Positions 27,203 through 39,640 of a stretch of 64,000 nt of DNA are shown here, piece after piece; position 1 is the first letter of the stretch; each line of letters begins with the position of its first letter. The notes under the pieces were generated by a model. That model was not told the DNA's origin and did no database searches. It worked only from the letters and a program-made list of their open reading frames with translations. Origin of the DNA: Podarcis erhardii (taxonomy: Eukaryota). Where the stretch lies: NCBI GenBank assembly GCA_964252035.1, contig OZ176205.1; one strand, 5' to 3'. The translations under genes and the position numbers were made by a program.

Positions 27203-28047
27203 GTAAGCATTCTTTATTATCTCTATTTCTTTAAATACTAAGTTATTTTAATAGAGTGCTTGCTAATGAAACTAGCCTTCACTATTTTGGCAATTAAAGT
27301 ACCTGTTTTGTAATGAAATGAAACACAAAAATGGATTTAAAATTGTACCTGTGCCATCTTGTTCCATAGCAACACACCCAATGGTAAGTTTCAGCTCCAC
27401 ATTACTAGGCTCAAGACAATCTATTCATTTGGAATAAGAAACATGTTAGCATTGGTGTTTTTATCTGATTTTAGTCCTGAGTACAATATTTTTAAAAACT
27501 TTAAAACTATTTTCTGCCTGTGGCTGAGAAAGATGTGGTTTGAAGAACCTGATGCAGTTAGGTGCAGTAGTTCTCAGCGTGGATGCTGCAAAGGTTTGCA
27601 TTTTCCAAGTCTGCAGTTTGAGCCTGAAAAGAGGATTAGCCTCTATCTTTGTAACATGCTATAACATCCCATAATTTCCCATTGGTGGAGCAAATGCAAG
27701 TCAGTGTATTCAATTTGAGAATAGCTATGGCTACTTAAAAGACTGCATCGTTATGTAAGCTGCCAACGAGTAGTCATTTGGGAACTTGTATCACTGAGGA
27801 AATGTCTCCAGTATGCAGAACCGAGGGTGCACATACAAATATTAAATGCAGAGGATGTAGCTTTTGAAGACTGTTTTGGCAGTGGAATTAGGAAAAGATC
27901 CACACGCACACCCTTGTAAGCTCACTAAAAACAATTTGCATTCCCGGAATGTTATTTTGGTTGTAGTCTCCAACAAAGCTGCTTTTAGTTACCTATTTTT
28001 TCACATGTTATTACTGGATATCTCTCTTCAGCTGTTACAAACTTTTA

Positions 28048-28273
28048 CAGTGGTACCTCAGGTTACATACGCTTCAGGTTACAGACTCCGCTAACCCAGA
28101 AATAGTGCTTCAGGTTAAGAACTTTGCTTCAGGATGAGAACAGAAATCGTGCTCCAGCGGCACAGCAGCAGCAGGAGGCCCCATTAGCTAAAGTAGTGCT
28201 TCAGGTTAAGAACAGTTTCAGGTTAAGTATGGACCTCCGGAACAAATTAAGTACTTAACCCGAGGTACCACTG
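28048..28273. mobile_element. Tc1/mariner-pogo-type MITE, copy A (226 bp)
   Basis: TA flanks; TIR CAGTGGTACCTC(A/G)GGTTA (17/18); iterated cttcaggtta motif. Confidence 0.9.
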
Positions 28274-28513
28274 TATTACTTTCATTGCTGGAGACTGAAG
28301 GCTGACTGCATGGTAGGAATACAGAAATATTCTATGTAGAAGTATTTTATAGGAATGCAGAAGTACTGTATGTGATAATACTATATGGTCTCTATGAGGT
28401 TGTAATGTAGAAGCACTATGTAAATGTGCTATGTTGCCACATAACAAACATGTCACAGGACCATATAATCATACGGTAGGAATGCAGACATGCTCTATAA
28501 ATGCCAGAAGCTG

Positions 28514-28584
28514 ATTCTTACTAACATTAATATGATTGAAATGCTTGTTTGAAGCATTTAATTCATATTAATGTTAGTAAGAAT
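28514..28584. repeat. Near-perfect inverted repeat/hairpin: 33-bp arms, 2 mismatches, 5-nt loop
   Basis: attcttactaacattaatatga-ttgaaatgctt-[gtttg]-aagcatttaat-tcatattaatgttagtaagaat; the outer 22 bp are perfectly complementary. Confidence 0.95.
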
Positions 28585-29248
28585 ATACCTAATGAATTCC
28601 ATTGGTGTGTAGTCCTGTGACTGTTGGAAGGATGTTCTGTGGGCCATGGGATATCTCCGTTATCATCCCTCAGTTAGAGAGACAGAACTCCCAATGCTGT
28701 AGACAGAAATCTGATGTCAGATTTCTTGCTCCCAACTAAAGGTTTTAGCACCCTGGCCCAAACATCAGATATGATAAAAAAGAGCTGGGCCATAGACATG
28801 CCAAGAGAGAACTAAGAAACAGCTGGTACCTGAAGGATCCCAAGCCATTCTGGTCCCTTGATGCACTCCCAAACTAGGAAGAAATTTAGACACACTTTCG
28901 AACGGTGTCTAAATCTCTCTCATTTCTGTCCCATTGTTTCAGTGGGAAGAGGAAAGCATTAACATTGTTTTTTTAAAAAATGAAATAAAATAAATAAAAC
29001 ACAGGAAACAGACAGAGGAATGGAATACCATTCCTACACTCCCTGATGACTCAAATCATGCAGTGTTTGGGATATGGTGGTTGAACCTTTGGTTTTTTGC
29101 TCCCTCCCCACATTAGGAATGCATCATTAGAAATTCTTGTTAAAAAAAAAGTTTAAGACTATGAGAACATTCATGCATATATTTTTTTAACAGTGGGGGA
29201 AATGGCTCCATTTTTGTCATATTTTAATAGTTAGCTTGCTGATGTGTA

Positions 29249-29473
29249 CAGTGGTACCTCGGGTTACATACGCTTCAGATTACATACACTTCAGGTTACA
29301 GACTCCACTAACCCAGAAATAGTGCTTCAGGTTAAGAACTTTGATTCAGGATGAGAACAGAAATCGTGCTCCGGCGGCACAGCAGCAGCAGGAGGCCCCA
29401 TTAGCTAAAGTGGTGCTTCAGGTTAAGAACAGACCGCCGGAACGAATTAAGTACTTAACCCGAGGTACCACTG
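29249..29473. mobile_element. Tc1/mariner-pogo-type MITE, copy B (225 bp)
   Basis: TA flanks; perfect 18-bp TIR CAGTGGTACCTCGGGTTA; same family and orientation as 28048..28273. Confidence 0.9.
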
Positions 29474-30943
29474 TATATCCAGTGCCTTTGTAAAGTTAAA
29501 GGATTTTAATACTTTAATATGTGATTTTGAGATTACGGTGAGAATTTTTCTAATTCATTTGAGATTAATTAATTGGATTTCAAAGGTACGGATTGTGAGG
29601 ATGTGAGCTTTAGAGTTCATCTCAAATTTTGCCCTCCATCTTCCATGAGCAAAACTGAACTGTCAGTCATTAAGGAAAAGAAAATCAACTAAAGCACTTC
29701 TGCGATCATCATTTATGCGGTCAGAGTTTATACAGGCTGCTTAGAGCGAAGGGATATTTGAAAATGAGGGCATGAAGTTAGTATTTCTGTGCCTTTTTGG
29801 TTTGGGAAAAGGAAGGTGCCCTAACATGAAGTTCTTAATGATGTCATGGGGTCAGTGCCTCTGCAGCAGAAGTCATGGCCTCTTCTGTTGGAATGCCTAA
29901 TTTGGGGCCATTACGGAAAACTCAGCAATCTTTGCCACTTCACTTGTGATGGGAGCAGTAATGATATGTTGACCTACTCAATGAGAGTCTTTCATCTCTC
30001 TGCCTTGTCAGCGCCTGACTGCATCATAGCTTCCTACCCCAAAAATGGTTCAAACACTGTAGACTGTCTCGCCTTTTGAGTGAAACAAGTCCTTTGTCAC
30101 ATCCATCTGACTTGCCCTCCTGAGCTTAGATGTTATTTTCACTCCCAAGGCCGAATGGCATTCTTGACCCCAAACATGTGCGTTTTCCTGAGATAGAACA
30201 AGAGGTATTCATTGTGTTCGCCATATTTCAGTGGCTGTGGCGTTGCCAGAACTTCCCCTCACCTTAGCCCTCTTATGGGTTCTAAAAGATGAGACAAACC
30301 TTCATAGATACCAAAGTTTCCCTGCTCCACAAGTTCCACTTTCCACAAGTTGAAAGGCAGCAGGAATGACAACAGCAGATGAGGCTAACACTTTGTCCCC
30401 ACTAAACTCCCTCCCGTGTTTATTGAACTCTTAAATGTCATGTCTGAAGAGGCTCCTTGATTTTTCCATTTCTGCAGTGCTGAAACTGTACTATAACACG
30501 ATTTTGCAATCCCCTCCCAGCATGCAATATCCATCAGTCTTCATGCATACCTTCATGGAATATAAAATGCCGTTTCCAAACCAGTCCTTTTAGGGGCTAA
30601 GGTATTTCTGTTAGGTATGGCACAATGGCATGCTTCTGCATTGCATCTTTTTGAGGATCTTATTGTCTTTGTTTTTACAGCAGCTGACTGTGGGATTGGT
30701 TTGTTCTCTCTTGCATTTTGCTTCAGCTTGCTTTGTGATGACAAGGAGACAATGTGGCCACAGTCTAGCAAGGTCCTCTGTGTGTATTTACTGCGCCCAC
30801 ACACCAGACGCGGTTTTATTTGCTGGGTTTTCAGCACACCTTTTCAACACGTGCCAATGTGTTAGATACATGAGACGATCCAGTTGCAAACTTCATTAGC
30901 GTTCTTTCCCAGCTTCCCCCTTCCCTTTAAATCAACCTATATC

Positions 30944-31715
30944 CAGTGGCGTAGCGTGGGGGGTGCCAGGGGTGCCGGCCGCACCGGGCGCAACATGGGC
31001 GGGGGGCGCACTCGCACTAGCAGCTCTCTGCCCCTACTAAAATCCATGGGTTAGGAAGCCCGCGCTCGCTCGGCTTGGCGAAGAGGTCTCGGAAGGGGGA
31101 GAGCGAAGCCTTTTGCCGCGGGCAAAAAAAGGAGAGGAAGCCGGGCAGGCGGGCGGGCTGGCTGGCTGGCTGGCGGGGGTCTGGCTGCGCCTGCTGCTGC
31201 CGTTGCCGCTGCTGCCGGGCTTTGACAGCTTGGCGAAGCAGAGGGAGAGGAGGTTTATGCGGCTCTCTCTCCACTGGCCGCCTGGGTAGTGAGCCGAGCC
31301 GAGCAGGGAGTCTGGCGAGGGGGCGGGAAGAGACTTTTCCCTTTTTTCCACCTTGCCTGGTCAAAAAGGAGAGCGGAGTCTCCTCAGGGCACCCTCAGGC
31401 AGGGCAGGGCAAGGCAAGCAGAGCGAGGAGGAGAGAGAGGGGGGGGGAAGCAGCCAGGAAACGCCGCGGTGTGGAGGGGGAATCAATTAAGGAGAGAAAG
31501 CGAAAAGCCTTGGAGAAAGGGAAAAAAGGAAAGAAAAGAGGCAGCTCCGGGAGAGCGCGGGGGAAAGAGAAGCCTCGCTGCTGCTGCTTGGGAGAGTAAA
31601 TTACTGTACTTGCCTTGCCCTGGGTTAGGGGGCGCAAATTACTTGCCTTGCCCCGGTTAGGGGGCGCAAATTACTTGCCTTGCCCCGGGTGCTGATAACC
31701 CACGCTACGCCGCTG
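30944..31715. mobile_element. Non-autonomous hAT element (Tip100-like termini), 772 bp, GC/CpG-rich
   Basis: Perfect 8-bp TSD CCTATATC (30936-43, 31716-23). 17-bp TIR CAGTGGCGTAGCGTGGG / CAGCGGCGTAGCGTGGG (16/17). 32-bp subterminal tandem repeat at 31598..31688. No transposase. Confidence 0.92.
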
Positions 31716-32220
31716 CCTATATCTATATAGCTGGTGAATAAACTATCACCAGGATAGTTTGCAGTGAACTCCAGACCCACACTGAGTAATGCTCGCTTAT
31801 CCCCCCAAAAAAACTTTTCTAGTTTTGACGAATCAGGTTTTGGGGCAGATGGAGAGGCGATGATTTTACAGGAACGAAAGTTCAGTTTCCCTTGCATCTG
31901 AAGAACTAGTTAAATAGTTCTTTGGATCTCATCCTGTACATTTCTCAAATATGACTGAAAGTTTTTCTTCTGAATTTACTGATAGCTGCTGACCTACTTG
32001 CCAAGGTTTTCAGATTTGAGAAAAGTATATTTGTAGGGTATTCCTATCCAAAGCTTCTCAGAGATAAGTTCCACTCAGTTCAATTAGAGCTTCTTCCCTT
32101 GAAACGTTTATCGAAGTTTGCTTCCAAGGTCATTATCCTATCATCACCTAATTTTTTGTCTGTTTTGTTCTACTGATTTGCAACTGATATCCTGCTAAAT
32201 TTATTGCCACTGAATTATCA

Positions 32221-32420
32221 TTTATTTATTTCATAAAATTTATGTACCACTTGATTGTAGAAAAAACAACTAGTAAAGCAGTTTACAAAAAGATAAAACA
32301 ATAAAATAATCACTAAAAAATGATAACCATAATTTAAAACATGCATAAAGTTAAAACCACAATAGAATAGACTAAAACAAATCAAAACTCACACAGACTT
32401 TTTAAACATCTGGGTAGAAT
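32221..32420 (-). mobile_element. Probable degenerate L2-type LINE 3' tail
   Basis: tttatttatt...tttatgtaccacttgattg...aaagcagtttacaaaa followed by an A-rich stretch; resembles recalled squamate L2 tails. Confidence 0.4.
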
Positions 32421-35400
32421 TGCCTATTGATATCAGGCAGCTGCTTTCACTGAATTCTTCTTGGTTCCTGCCTGATATCAATAAACAGTCAAGTTCTTAT
32501 CGATATGGTATGGGTATTAAGTAGCACCTGTAAAACTGCCAGTGGGCACATATGGGGTAAGGCAAATTCAAAAGTTACAAAAGGATTTCCAGCCAGTGTG
32601 TGCCATAATTATCCATTTAGGTGTGATCTGGCACTTCTAGGGGGGGTACATAGCCAGAAAGTGCAGCCAGAATGGTGGTGGGAAGCTGAACGGGTTGGCT
32701 GATCAGCTGCAATCTTCTTGAGACATATCTGTAAGGGCTGCTCTAGCTGTGCTTATTGTTTTCATGTGAGAAACAGTGCTGTCCCTCCTTAAACAGGAAT
32801 GATGTTGCATGAAAGTGCTCCTTGCCAACACTCTTCATACCAGAATGCAGATGGGAACTTTATAATCCAAACAAGAGTTATTCTGTCTCTCTTCTAATCC
32901 ACAGCGCAGGCTGGTCGCAGCTATGGCATTTGGTGTGCTAGACACCATTGCAAAACTAGAGCTCCTGGCCACTTGTGGGGAAGATAATGCTTTCTGGGAG
33001 CATCTCTACAGTGAGTTTGGGCCCATTTTCAATTTATTGAATAGTTAGATACATTAAAATAAAGAAGTCCTGGATTCTCATCTCTTTCCAAGGGCATGTC
33101 CCACCTGCAAGCCTTTCTCCTTTTCTACAATTCCAAGTCTGCTTGGATGACTGTGGTGCCACCTTTAGGGAAAGAAGTGTGGACTTCGCCACTCCACTCC
33201 ACTCAGCCTTTGAATGGTGAATCAATGCTGAACTGGTGCCGTTTCTCATTCCAAGCAAATACGCAGAGCTTTTAGGAAACGATTTTACAAAAAGGGCACC
33301 CCCCCCCCAAATTACTTAAAAAGAAAGATGCAGATCGTTTTTCAGACAAAGCAGATGTGTCTCAGTATTGATTTTAATAGCCACATGGGTGGCACTGGAA
33401 CAGCTGCATCTAGAGTAGTGGATGAAATTATATGCTCTTGTGATTCTAACCTCATAACTGGACCTCAGAAAGGAGCCATCGTGATCCCTTTTAGTGATGT
33501 TAAGCTGTAGGGCACAAGTGTAGCTTAAAATGAGATAGAAGCTGTCAAAAGTAAGAGGATCTGTGAGAGTATTAATTGCACTATTGTTGGTACAGATTTC
33601 TGTCGTCAGGAATGTCTTAATTAAGCACATGGTGTCACCGAATGTCTAAGATCTTAGTAATAAGGAAAAGCTTCCTAGATTCTTCTCACAGCACCCCAAG
33701 ATCTGAATCAGTTGTGGCTTCTTGACACTTTTTTTTTTTGCAAGTGCTTGTGACACTTTTGACAAACGTTAATTGAGAAAGCATCAAAAGCCTGGCTGCG
33801 TTATAATCAGAATAAAATTACCGAGGTTTCACACAATGTCAGGAGAGAACTTGCAGAGAAGATAGACAGATCTGGAAAGGTTTTTCCAGAAGCTAGGCTG
33901 AAAAAACAGCTCAGCAGAATTGTGCACAGGCAGGTTTCACTCAGACTAGGGGGAAGAAAAACCCCCGTGAGGCTCAAGATGTTTTTGGTTTGAGATAGAA
34001 AATAACCAGAAAAACTATGATTTGCACTCAGCTAGAAAGAGGGAACAGCTATGAACAATCACGGTAAAATACCCAGGTTTGTATTAATTATTACTAGCTA
34101 GAGCAGAGGTTCTTAGACTGCATTCCACAAGTTCTGCTCAAGACCCTCCACAGAAAGATTGTGGAACAGAGAAGATTACTTGGCTCTGCATTTGATTTAG
34201 GGTTTTTTCTCCTGATGATGGAAGTCAAAGTTGTTTTGACCAGGGACTGCTGGATTTAATGAACAATCTAACGAGGACCTGGTTCCAGGCCTCTGATTTT
34301 CATAGTATCAACTGTTTTTGATTATCATGCCAAATAAAAATATGCACCTCCTTCAATTTCATCCAGAAGTTAAAAATGCAAATTTTCTGAATTAGCATCA
34401 CCCTACAGCTTTACATACATTGGGCTAAGGTAGCTTGGCCTAGGTCCTATTGAAAGTGTGATAAGTTAGTCTTAAGTTATTTTCAGTGGGGTTGAAGTAT
34501 AGCTACAATCCCAACTCCACTTACCCAGGAGTAAGCACCATTGCGTTCACTAGGAGTTAATTCTGAGTGGACATGGCCAGGACAGCAGTGTTGGTGTGGC
34601 TCCATCCCATAGTTCCAACTGGTCACATTTTGTCTGCTGTGCCTGTGTGGTTTTCATTGGATGAATTTGGTTGATTGTGTGTTGTTTTCTATTGGTTATA
34701 GTTTGACACCTGTTTGGAAGGGGAATTGATGCTGACTTCCATGCAGTATTTGATGTAAATAGAAATTGTAGCTATTAAGGAATGAAAAACAAAATTGTAT
34801 TCATATTTATGCAAACCTGACCCCCCACTGGTTGCACCGCTGCATGTAAGCGGACAAATAACAGACTCCACATCCATCCACTTTGCTCACAAAAACAGGA
34901 ATATCCATTATATTAGAAAGGAAAGACAACGGTTATTAAAATGCTAGTTATGTATGTACTTTGATTTATAGGAAAACAGCAGCAGTGGCGGAAAAAAGGT
35001 TATTAAGTAGTCTGTCAAGACCCCAAGCAATTTTTAAGTGACCCAGGGAAAAAAAGTTTGAGAAGCATTCTAGAATATACATAAAATATACGAAACTAAT
35101 GAGTTCCACATACAACACATTCAATCATAAATTCTTACGGACATTTTAGCCTCTTATGTTGGCATCCATTGTCCTAAAAATAAAAAATAAATAAATCCAC
35201 ACTGAAAGATTTGTGCTTCAGTTTTCTGTGAAATATGTTTCCCTCAAATAGTATATGGAGATGATGGGATGATTAGAGCTTTTGACCACTGTAGGAGTGC
35301 AGGAAGATTTATGTTAGGCTTTTATTTTGTCAGAACCCTTGTCCCTACTCTGAAAGAACTGGAAACTCCATCTCTTTTAAAAGAAAGAAACATTCTTTTC

Positions 35401-36123
35401 AAGTTCTTTGAAAAGACAGCCTGGTGCCTCTCTCCTTGTTTGCATTTTGTGGTTAAATTCAATCTACATTCAAGAATATATGTTTTTGATAAGTTCTAGC
35501 CTAAAGACAGAAGAGGTTTAAATCGCTTTTTTTAAAAAAAAAAAGAAGAAAGAAAGCATAAGCCTTTAGGAAATAAGTGTCAAAGGGAAAATTTTAAACC
35601 TGAAAAGTGTCAGATCCAGTTGTTTCCAGAAGGCCTGACATGGAAAGGAGTGAATACCTGTCACAGTTTGTAAATTCCTCCAGGCAGGGACCTGTCTCTT
35701 CTTTGTTTGTAAAAGTGGCAGGCACACCTGTGGAGATGATGGAATAAAAAACCCTAAGTAATGAATTGTGTTGCTCCACTAGCCAATGTTGCTTTGAATT
35801 TCGCTGTAGCCAGCGGCACTCTAATACCCCAATGAACAGGCGGGCTTGCCAACTCTACCTTTTTTTTGGAAGGAGATTACCTTGCCACTTTTGAATTTTG
35901 AATGTACCCTTTGATGGTTGGCCTTTTTTGTTTTGTTTTGTTTTGTTTTCCTTTTCCTTCTCTCTCTCTCTCTAGTTTTCCTGGAAACCGTTATTTACAA
36001 TTACAACAAGCTTTTCAAGAGTGGAGATGGATCAAATCAGAGACCTGTCCCTGCAAATTATGATAAGCATAAGCAGAGCTTAATTTCACATGGGGAAACC
36101 CAGGTTTCTGCCTCCCAATCCTG

Positions 36124-36126
<3 letters not shown>

Positions 36127-36168
<42 letters not shown>
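36127..36168. repeat. (AT)21 microsatellite
   Basis: Directly visible. Confidence 0.97.
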
Positions 36169-36176
<8 letters not shown>

Positions 36177-36512
36177 AAATTATTCAAGGGAGAGAGCCCT
36201 TGAAGTGCCTGCTTTTCCAGCTGTTTCATATGTTTATACACATAAAGTGGACCTGTATAGCCACCATGTTGAGAGCAGCATGCACACTCCCAAATAATGG
36301 CCTAAATTCCCATGTCTACCTAGAACTTTAAGAACTGTACTGAGGGATTGTGCTTTAAGTACTTGGTGGTCCTGGTATCATGTTCTGCCATGAAGTTGCA
36401 ACTTTAGGAGGCAGTTTAACAAGGATATAGCCTTCACATTCATCCTTACTGTTCATCCCCAGTGTTTGGAGAAGCGCACTCTGTACATATCTGCACGATT
36501 CTTCCCATAGAT

Positions 36513-36644
36513 CAGTGTTTCACAAACTTGCATCTCCGCTGATAGACTACAACTCCCATCACCCCTAGCTAACAGGACCAGTGGTGAGAGATGATGGGAA
36601 CTGTAGTCCAAAAGTAGCTGGAGACCAAAGTTTGGGGAACCCTG
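36513..36644. mobile_element. Palindromic hAT (Charlie-like) MITE, 132 bp
   Basis: Termini CAGTGTTTCACAAACTT / AAGTTTGGGGAACCCTG. Near-perfect 8-bp TSD ccatagat / ccctagat. Inner inverted repeat gactacaactcccatca / tgatgggaactgtagtc. Confidence 0.8.
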
Positions 36645-37820
36645 CCCTAGATTATAGCATCTGACAGAAGTGGCTTCACCAACTGAGGGAGCAGTCTCAG
36701 CTGCCTCAAGAGTGGAGTTTAACTGGATTCTAACAACTCTCAGGCAGCAGTGAATATCCTCTTCTTGAGCAAGCTGTTCAAGCGAGTAGATGCCCATGAT
36801 ATCTTGGATAAAACTGATTGTCTGGATCCATTTCCATGCCCAGTTTTGGCACAAAAGCTGCCCTGGTCACACTGATGAGTAGCATGCACTTATAGATGCT
36901 GGTAATCAATCCTTCTAGATCTCTCAATAGCTTTGTGTACTATTGACCATGGTAATCTTCTAGACTGCCTGGACTACAGTGTTTTGGTGGCTCCTTCCCT
37001 GGAAGGGCCAGTTTCAGAGGGTGGTACAGAGAGGAACCATTCTTCACAACTTTGGCATTAATACTACAGAATGCTGCTGGGTTCTATTTTCTCCCTTTTT
37101 AAAAACACGTTCTTGAAATTGTTGAATGAAGTCATTTGGAGCTGAGTGCAATCGGAAGCTGTTTATGTCTATCACTATCTTACTTTTACACCAGGAATTG
37201 CTATGTTAGGGCTTGAGATCAGTAGTGGACTAGGAAAGAGCTCAATTCTGATAAGGTGTACTTTTCAGGAAAGTGGTGTTCAACTTGTTCTGAACCAAAC
37301 TCCGCTCCTCCAAAAAGGGCAGGTTTATAGTTCAGGGTATGTATGCTCATACATACAACCTTGTCATCTGAGACCCAAGCAGTATCAACAAAGGCTGGTT
37401 CACCCATTGTGAAATCCCTTCTTGGACAGAGATAGCTCAGCCACCACAGTTAGAAAGGTCCTCCTCCTCTCTAAGCGTGACTATTTCAACAATTGTATTT
37501 GGGGCTGCAAGAAAACATAGACTAAAATACAAAGTCAAGGATGCTCATTTGTACCTGTCATTGGGAACACATTGTGCCATTATTTAGAGAGTTCCACTGC
37601 TACCAGATCATTTCCAACTCCAATAGAAAGCATAAGCACTTACAAAACCTCTGCAGCTTGGGACTGGGATAACTGATAGAATGATTCTTTTATGTCAACC
37701 AGTTTATGTAGTAAGATAATATTCAATAGCTGATTTCCAGATATTTTGCTCATCCAAAGTAAAGTGGCTGGTGAAAATGAGGGGAACCTTCTCTGGAAGT
37801 GTGTGTGTTTGTGTATTTAT

Positions 37821-37980
37821 GGAGCCTTGGTTCAGTGGAAGAGCACATGCTTTTATATGCAAAAGGTCTTGGGTCTCAGGACTGGAAAAGACTGCTGTCT
37901 GAAACCCAACAGGCTGCTAAAGAATGCAGGCATAAATACATTGAACAATGATCGGAATCTATAAGGCAGCTTCCTATGTT
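37821..37980 (+). mobile_element. Degenerate tRNA-derived SINE (Squam3-like)
   Basis: A-box-like head ggagccttggttcagtggaagagcac, then tgcaaaaggtc, ctgtctgaaaccc, and tail ataaggcagcttcctatgtt. Homologous to the reverse complement of 43750..43934. Confidence 0.7.
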
Positions 37981-39048
37981 ACACTTGCAGCCTAGTCTGA
38001 TATCCTTTGGTATTTTCAGCACTTGAGGGATTTAAAAACAATGACTTTTCTTCTGCTGTTTTATTGATGGTTGGCGTTTTCTAGCATTTATTGCCCTGTT
38101 GTTATTATTTTGCTGGTTTTATTCCATAAACCACCATGTAGATTATATACTAAAGGGTGGTACATACATTTAGAAAAAAAATATGATGCAACAGGTTAAT
38201 ACACCCGACTCCCCTGGAACAGCAAAACACGGTCACTCCTGCCATGTTAAAATGAGTAATATGACTGAGTGAGCTCATACACAAGGCCACTTGCCACACA
38301 GAGGCTCCCCCCCCCCATTCAGTCCATTTAAAGTGCAGTCGATGATTCTATGCCTTATTAATTATTGTATATAGAAAGTCTAGTTGTGATAATTATTAGT
38401 CCTGAGTGGAACAGTGTCATCTTCGGCATATACTAGGTTATTTACTCTTGGGAATCTTACGTACAATGGGAATGTTTTGTATGTGAAAAAACCCCTATGT
38501 ATTTTAATTTGAATGTTGTCAGCTTGATAGAACTACCAATTACAGAACCCAAACCAGAAGTTTCTTGTTTAAATCCAGTTTTCTTGACATCAATGATTAA
38601 GCTGTCTGTGTACTTGCCATTGGCTTAAATTAGTTCTTTCTTCACACCTGCTCTATCAAAATAGGGAAAGGGGAATGTTTAAAGGCTGAGATGTTGAAAC
38701 ACTAAAACAACACATGCATGCGAGGCTTTTTTTCTGTTTGGGTCTAATCAGGCATGCTGGAAATCTCTCAAGCAAAAATGACTGCCGGGTGGGAAGATGT
38801 TACAGTAATTATCTTGCTGTAAGTTGCAGAGTGGATGACATGAAGTCAGGGTGGTTTTTTGTGTGTAAACGGCCTGGTTATTTACAACCTACTTTTTCGT
38901 TTTGGAATCTGTTCATTTGTTGCTTCCTTGTTTGTTTTGCTTTTCAAATATAGAACTTAGTTTTATAGTGTAGATTCTGCCATGTTTTCTTTGTTTAAAG
39001 GTATTCATACACATTTTATCATACAGAAATAAATCAGTATTAAGTACC

Positions 39049-39122
39049 ACTGGTCCTGCTAGCTAGGGATCATGGGAGTTGTAGGCCAAAAACATCTGGA
39101 GGGCCGAGTTTGAGGAAGCCTG
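39049..39122. mobile_element. Half copy of the palindromic hAT MITE family
   Basis: cactggtcctgctagctagggatcatgggagttgtaggccaaaaacatctggagggccgagtttgaggaagcctg matches an arm of 36513..36644. Confidence 0.65.
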
Positions 39123-39163
39123 CTGTAGGGAAGTTTTTAGAAATATAACTATTTGGTAGATGG

Positions 39164-39220
<57 letters not shown>
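39164..39220. repeat. Compound (GT)n(GA)n microsatellite
   Basis: Directly visible. Confidence 0.97.
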
Positions 39221-39224
<4 letters not shown>

Positions 39225-39454
39225 AGAATATGTGCTGCCAGCAGTATACTGAGATTGCATTCCTGTCCACACTTACTCTATATTGCACTCCATGAGACTT
39301 TTAGTATAAATGCTTAGGATCCTTGGTGTTCCAGCCATGGAAAAGCTCCTTCTGTTTGCAGAGGGAATGGGTATCCAGGAAATGGTTCCTGCTGGATGAA
39401 GAAGGCAGGTAGATCATTTTCACTGATTAAGAACACATTGATACAAGTAGAGCC

Positions 39455-39640
39455 CTGCTAGATCAGGCTATCCAACATCCTGTTCTGATAGTGACCAGTC
39501 AGATACCTAAGGGAAACCCACAAGCAGAACTTGAGTGTAATAGTGTTCTCCCCACTTGCGATTCTCAGTAACTACGATTCCAAGGTTTACCACCCCTAGC
39601 ACCCCTAGCAGTGGAAGTAGAGCATAGCCATCATGATTCT
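39455..39640. mobile_element. Ancient retroposon fragment (family uncertain)
   Basis: gatcaggc...tccaacatcctgttctgatagtgaccagtcagatacc...gggaaacccacaagcag shares motifs with 57490..57640 (ccagcatc..ttctcact..accaaccagatac..ggaaag). Confidence 0.45.

Noticed and set aside
28048-29473. CRISPR-like or functional repeat array (recurring cttcaggtta)
   Set aside because: Repeats are internal modules of two TA-flanked MITEs in a eukaryotic intron; no spacer/repeat regularity and no cas genes.
31017-31660. Overlapping 100-174 aa ORFs on both strands
   Set aside because: Low-complexity Arg/Gly/Pro/Ala translations, expected from a stop-poor GC-rich transposon interior; no domain or transposase motif.
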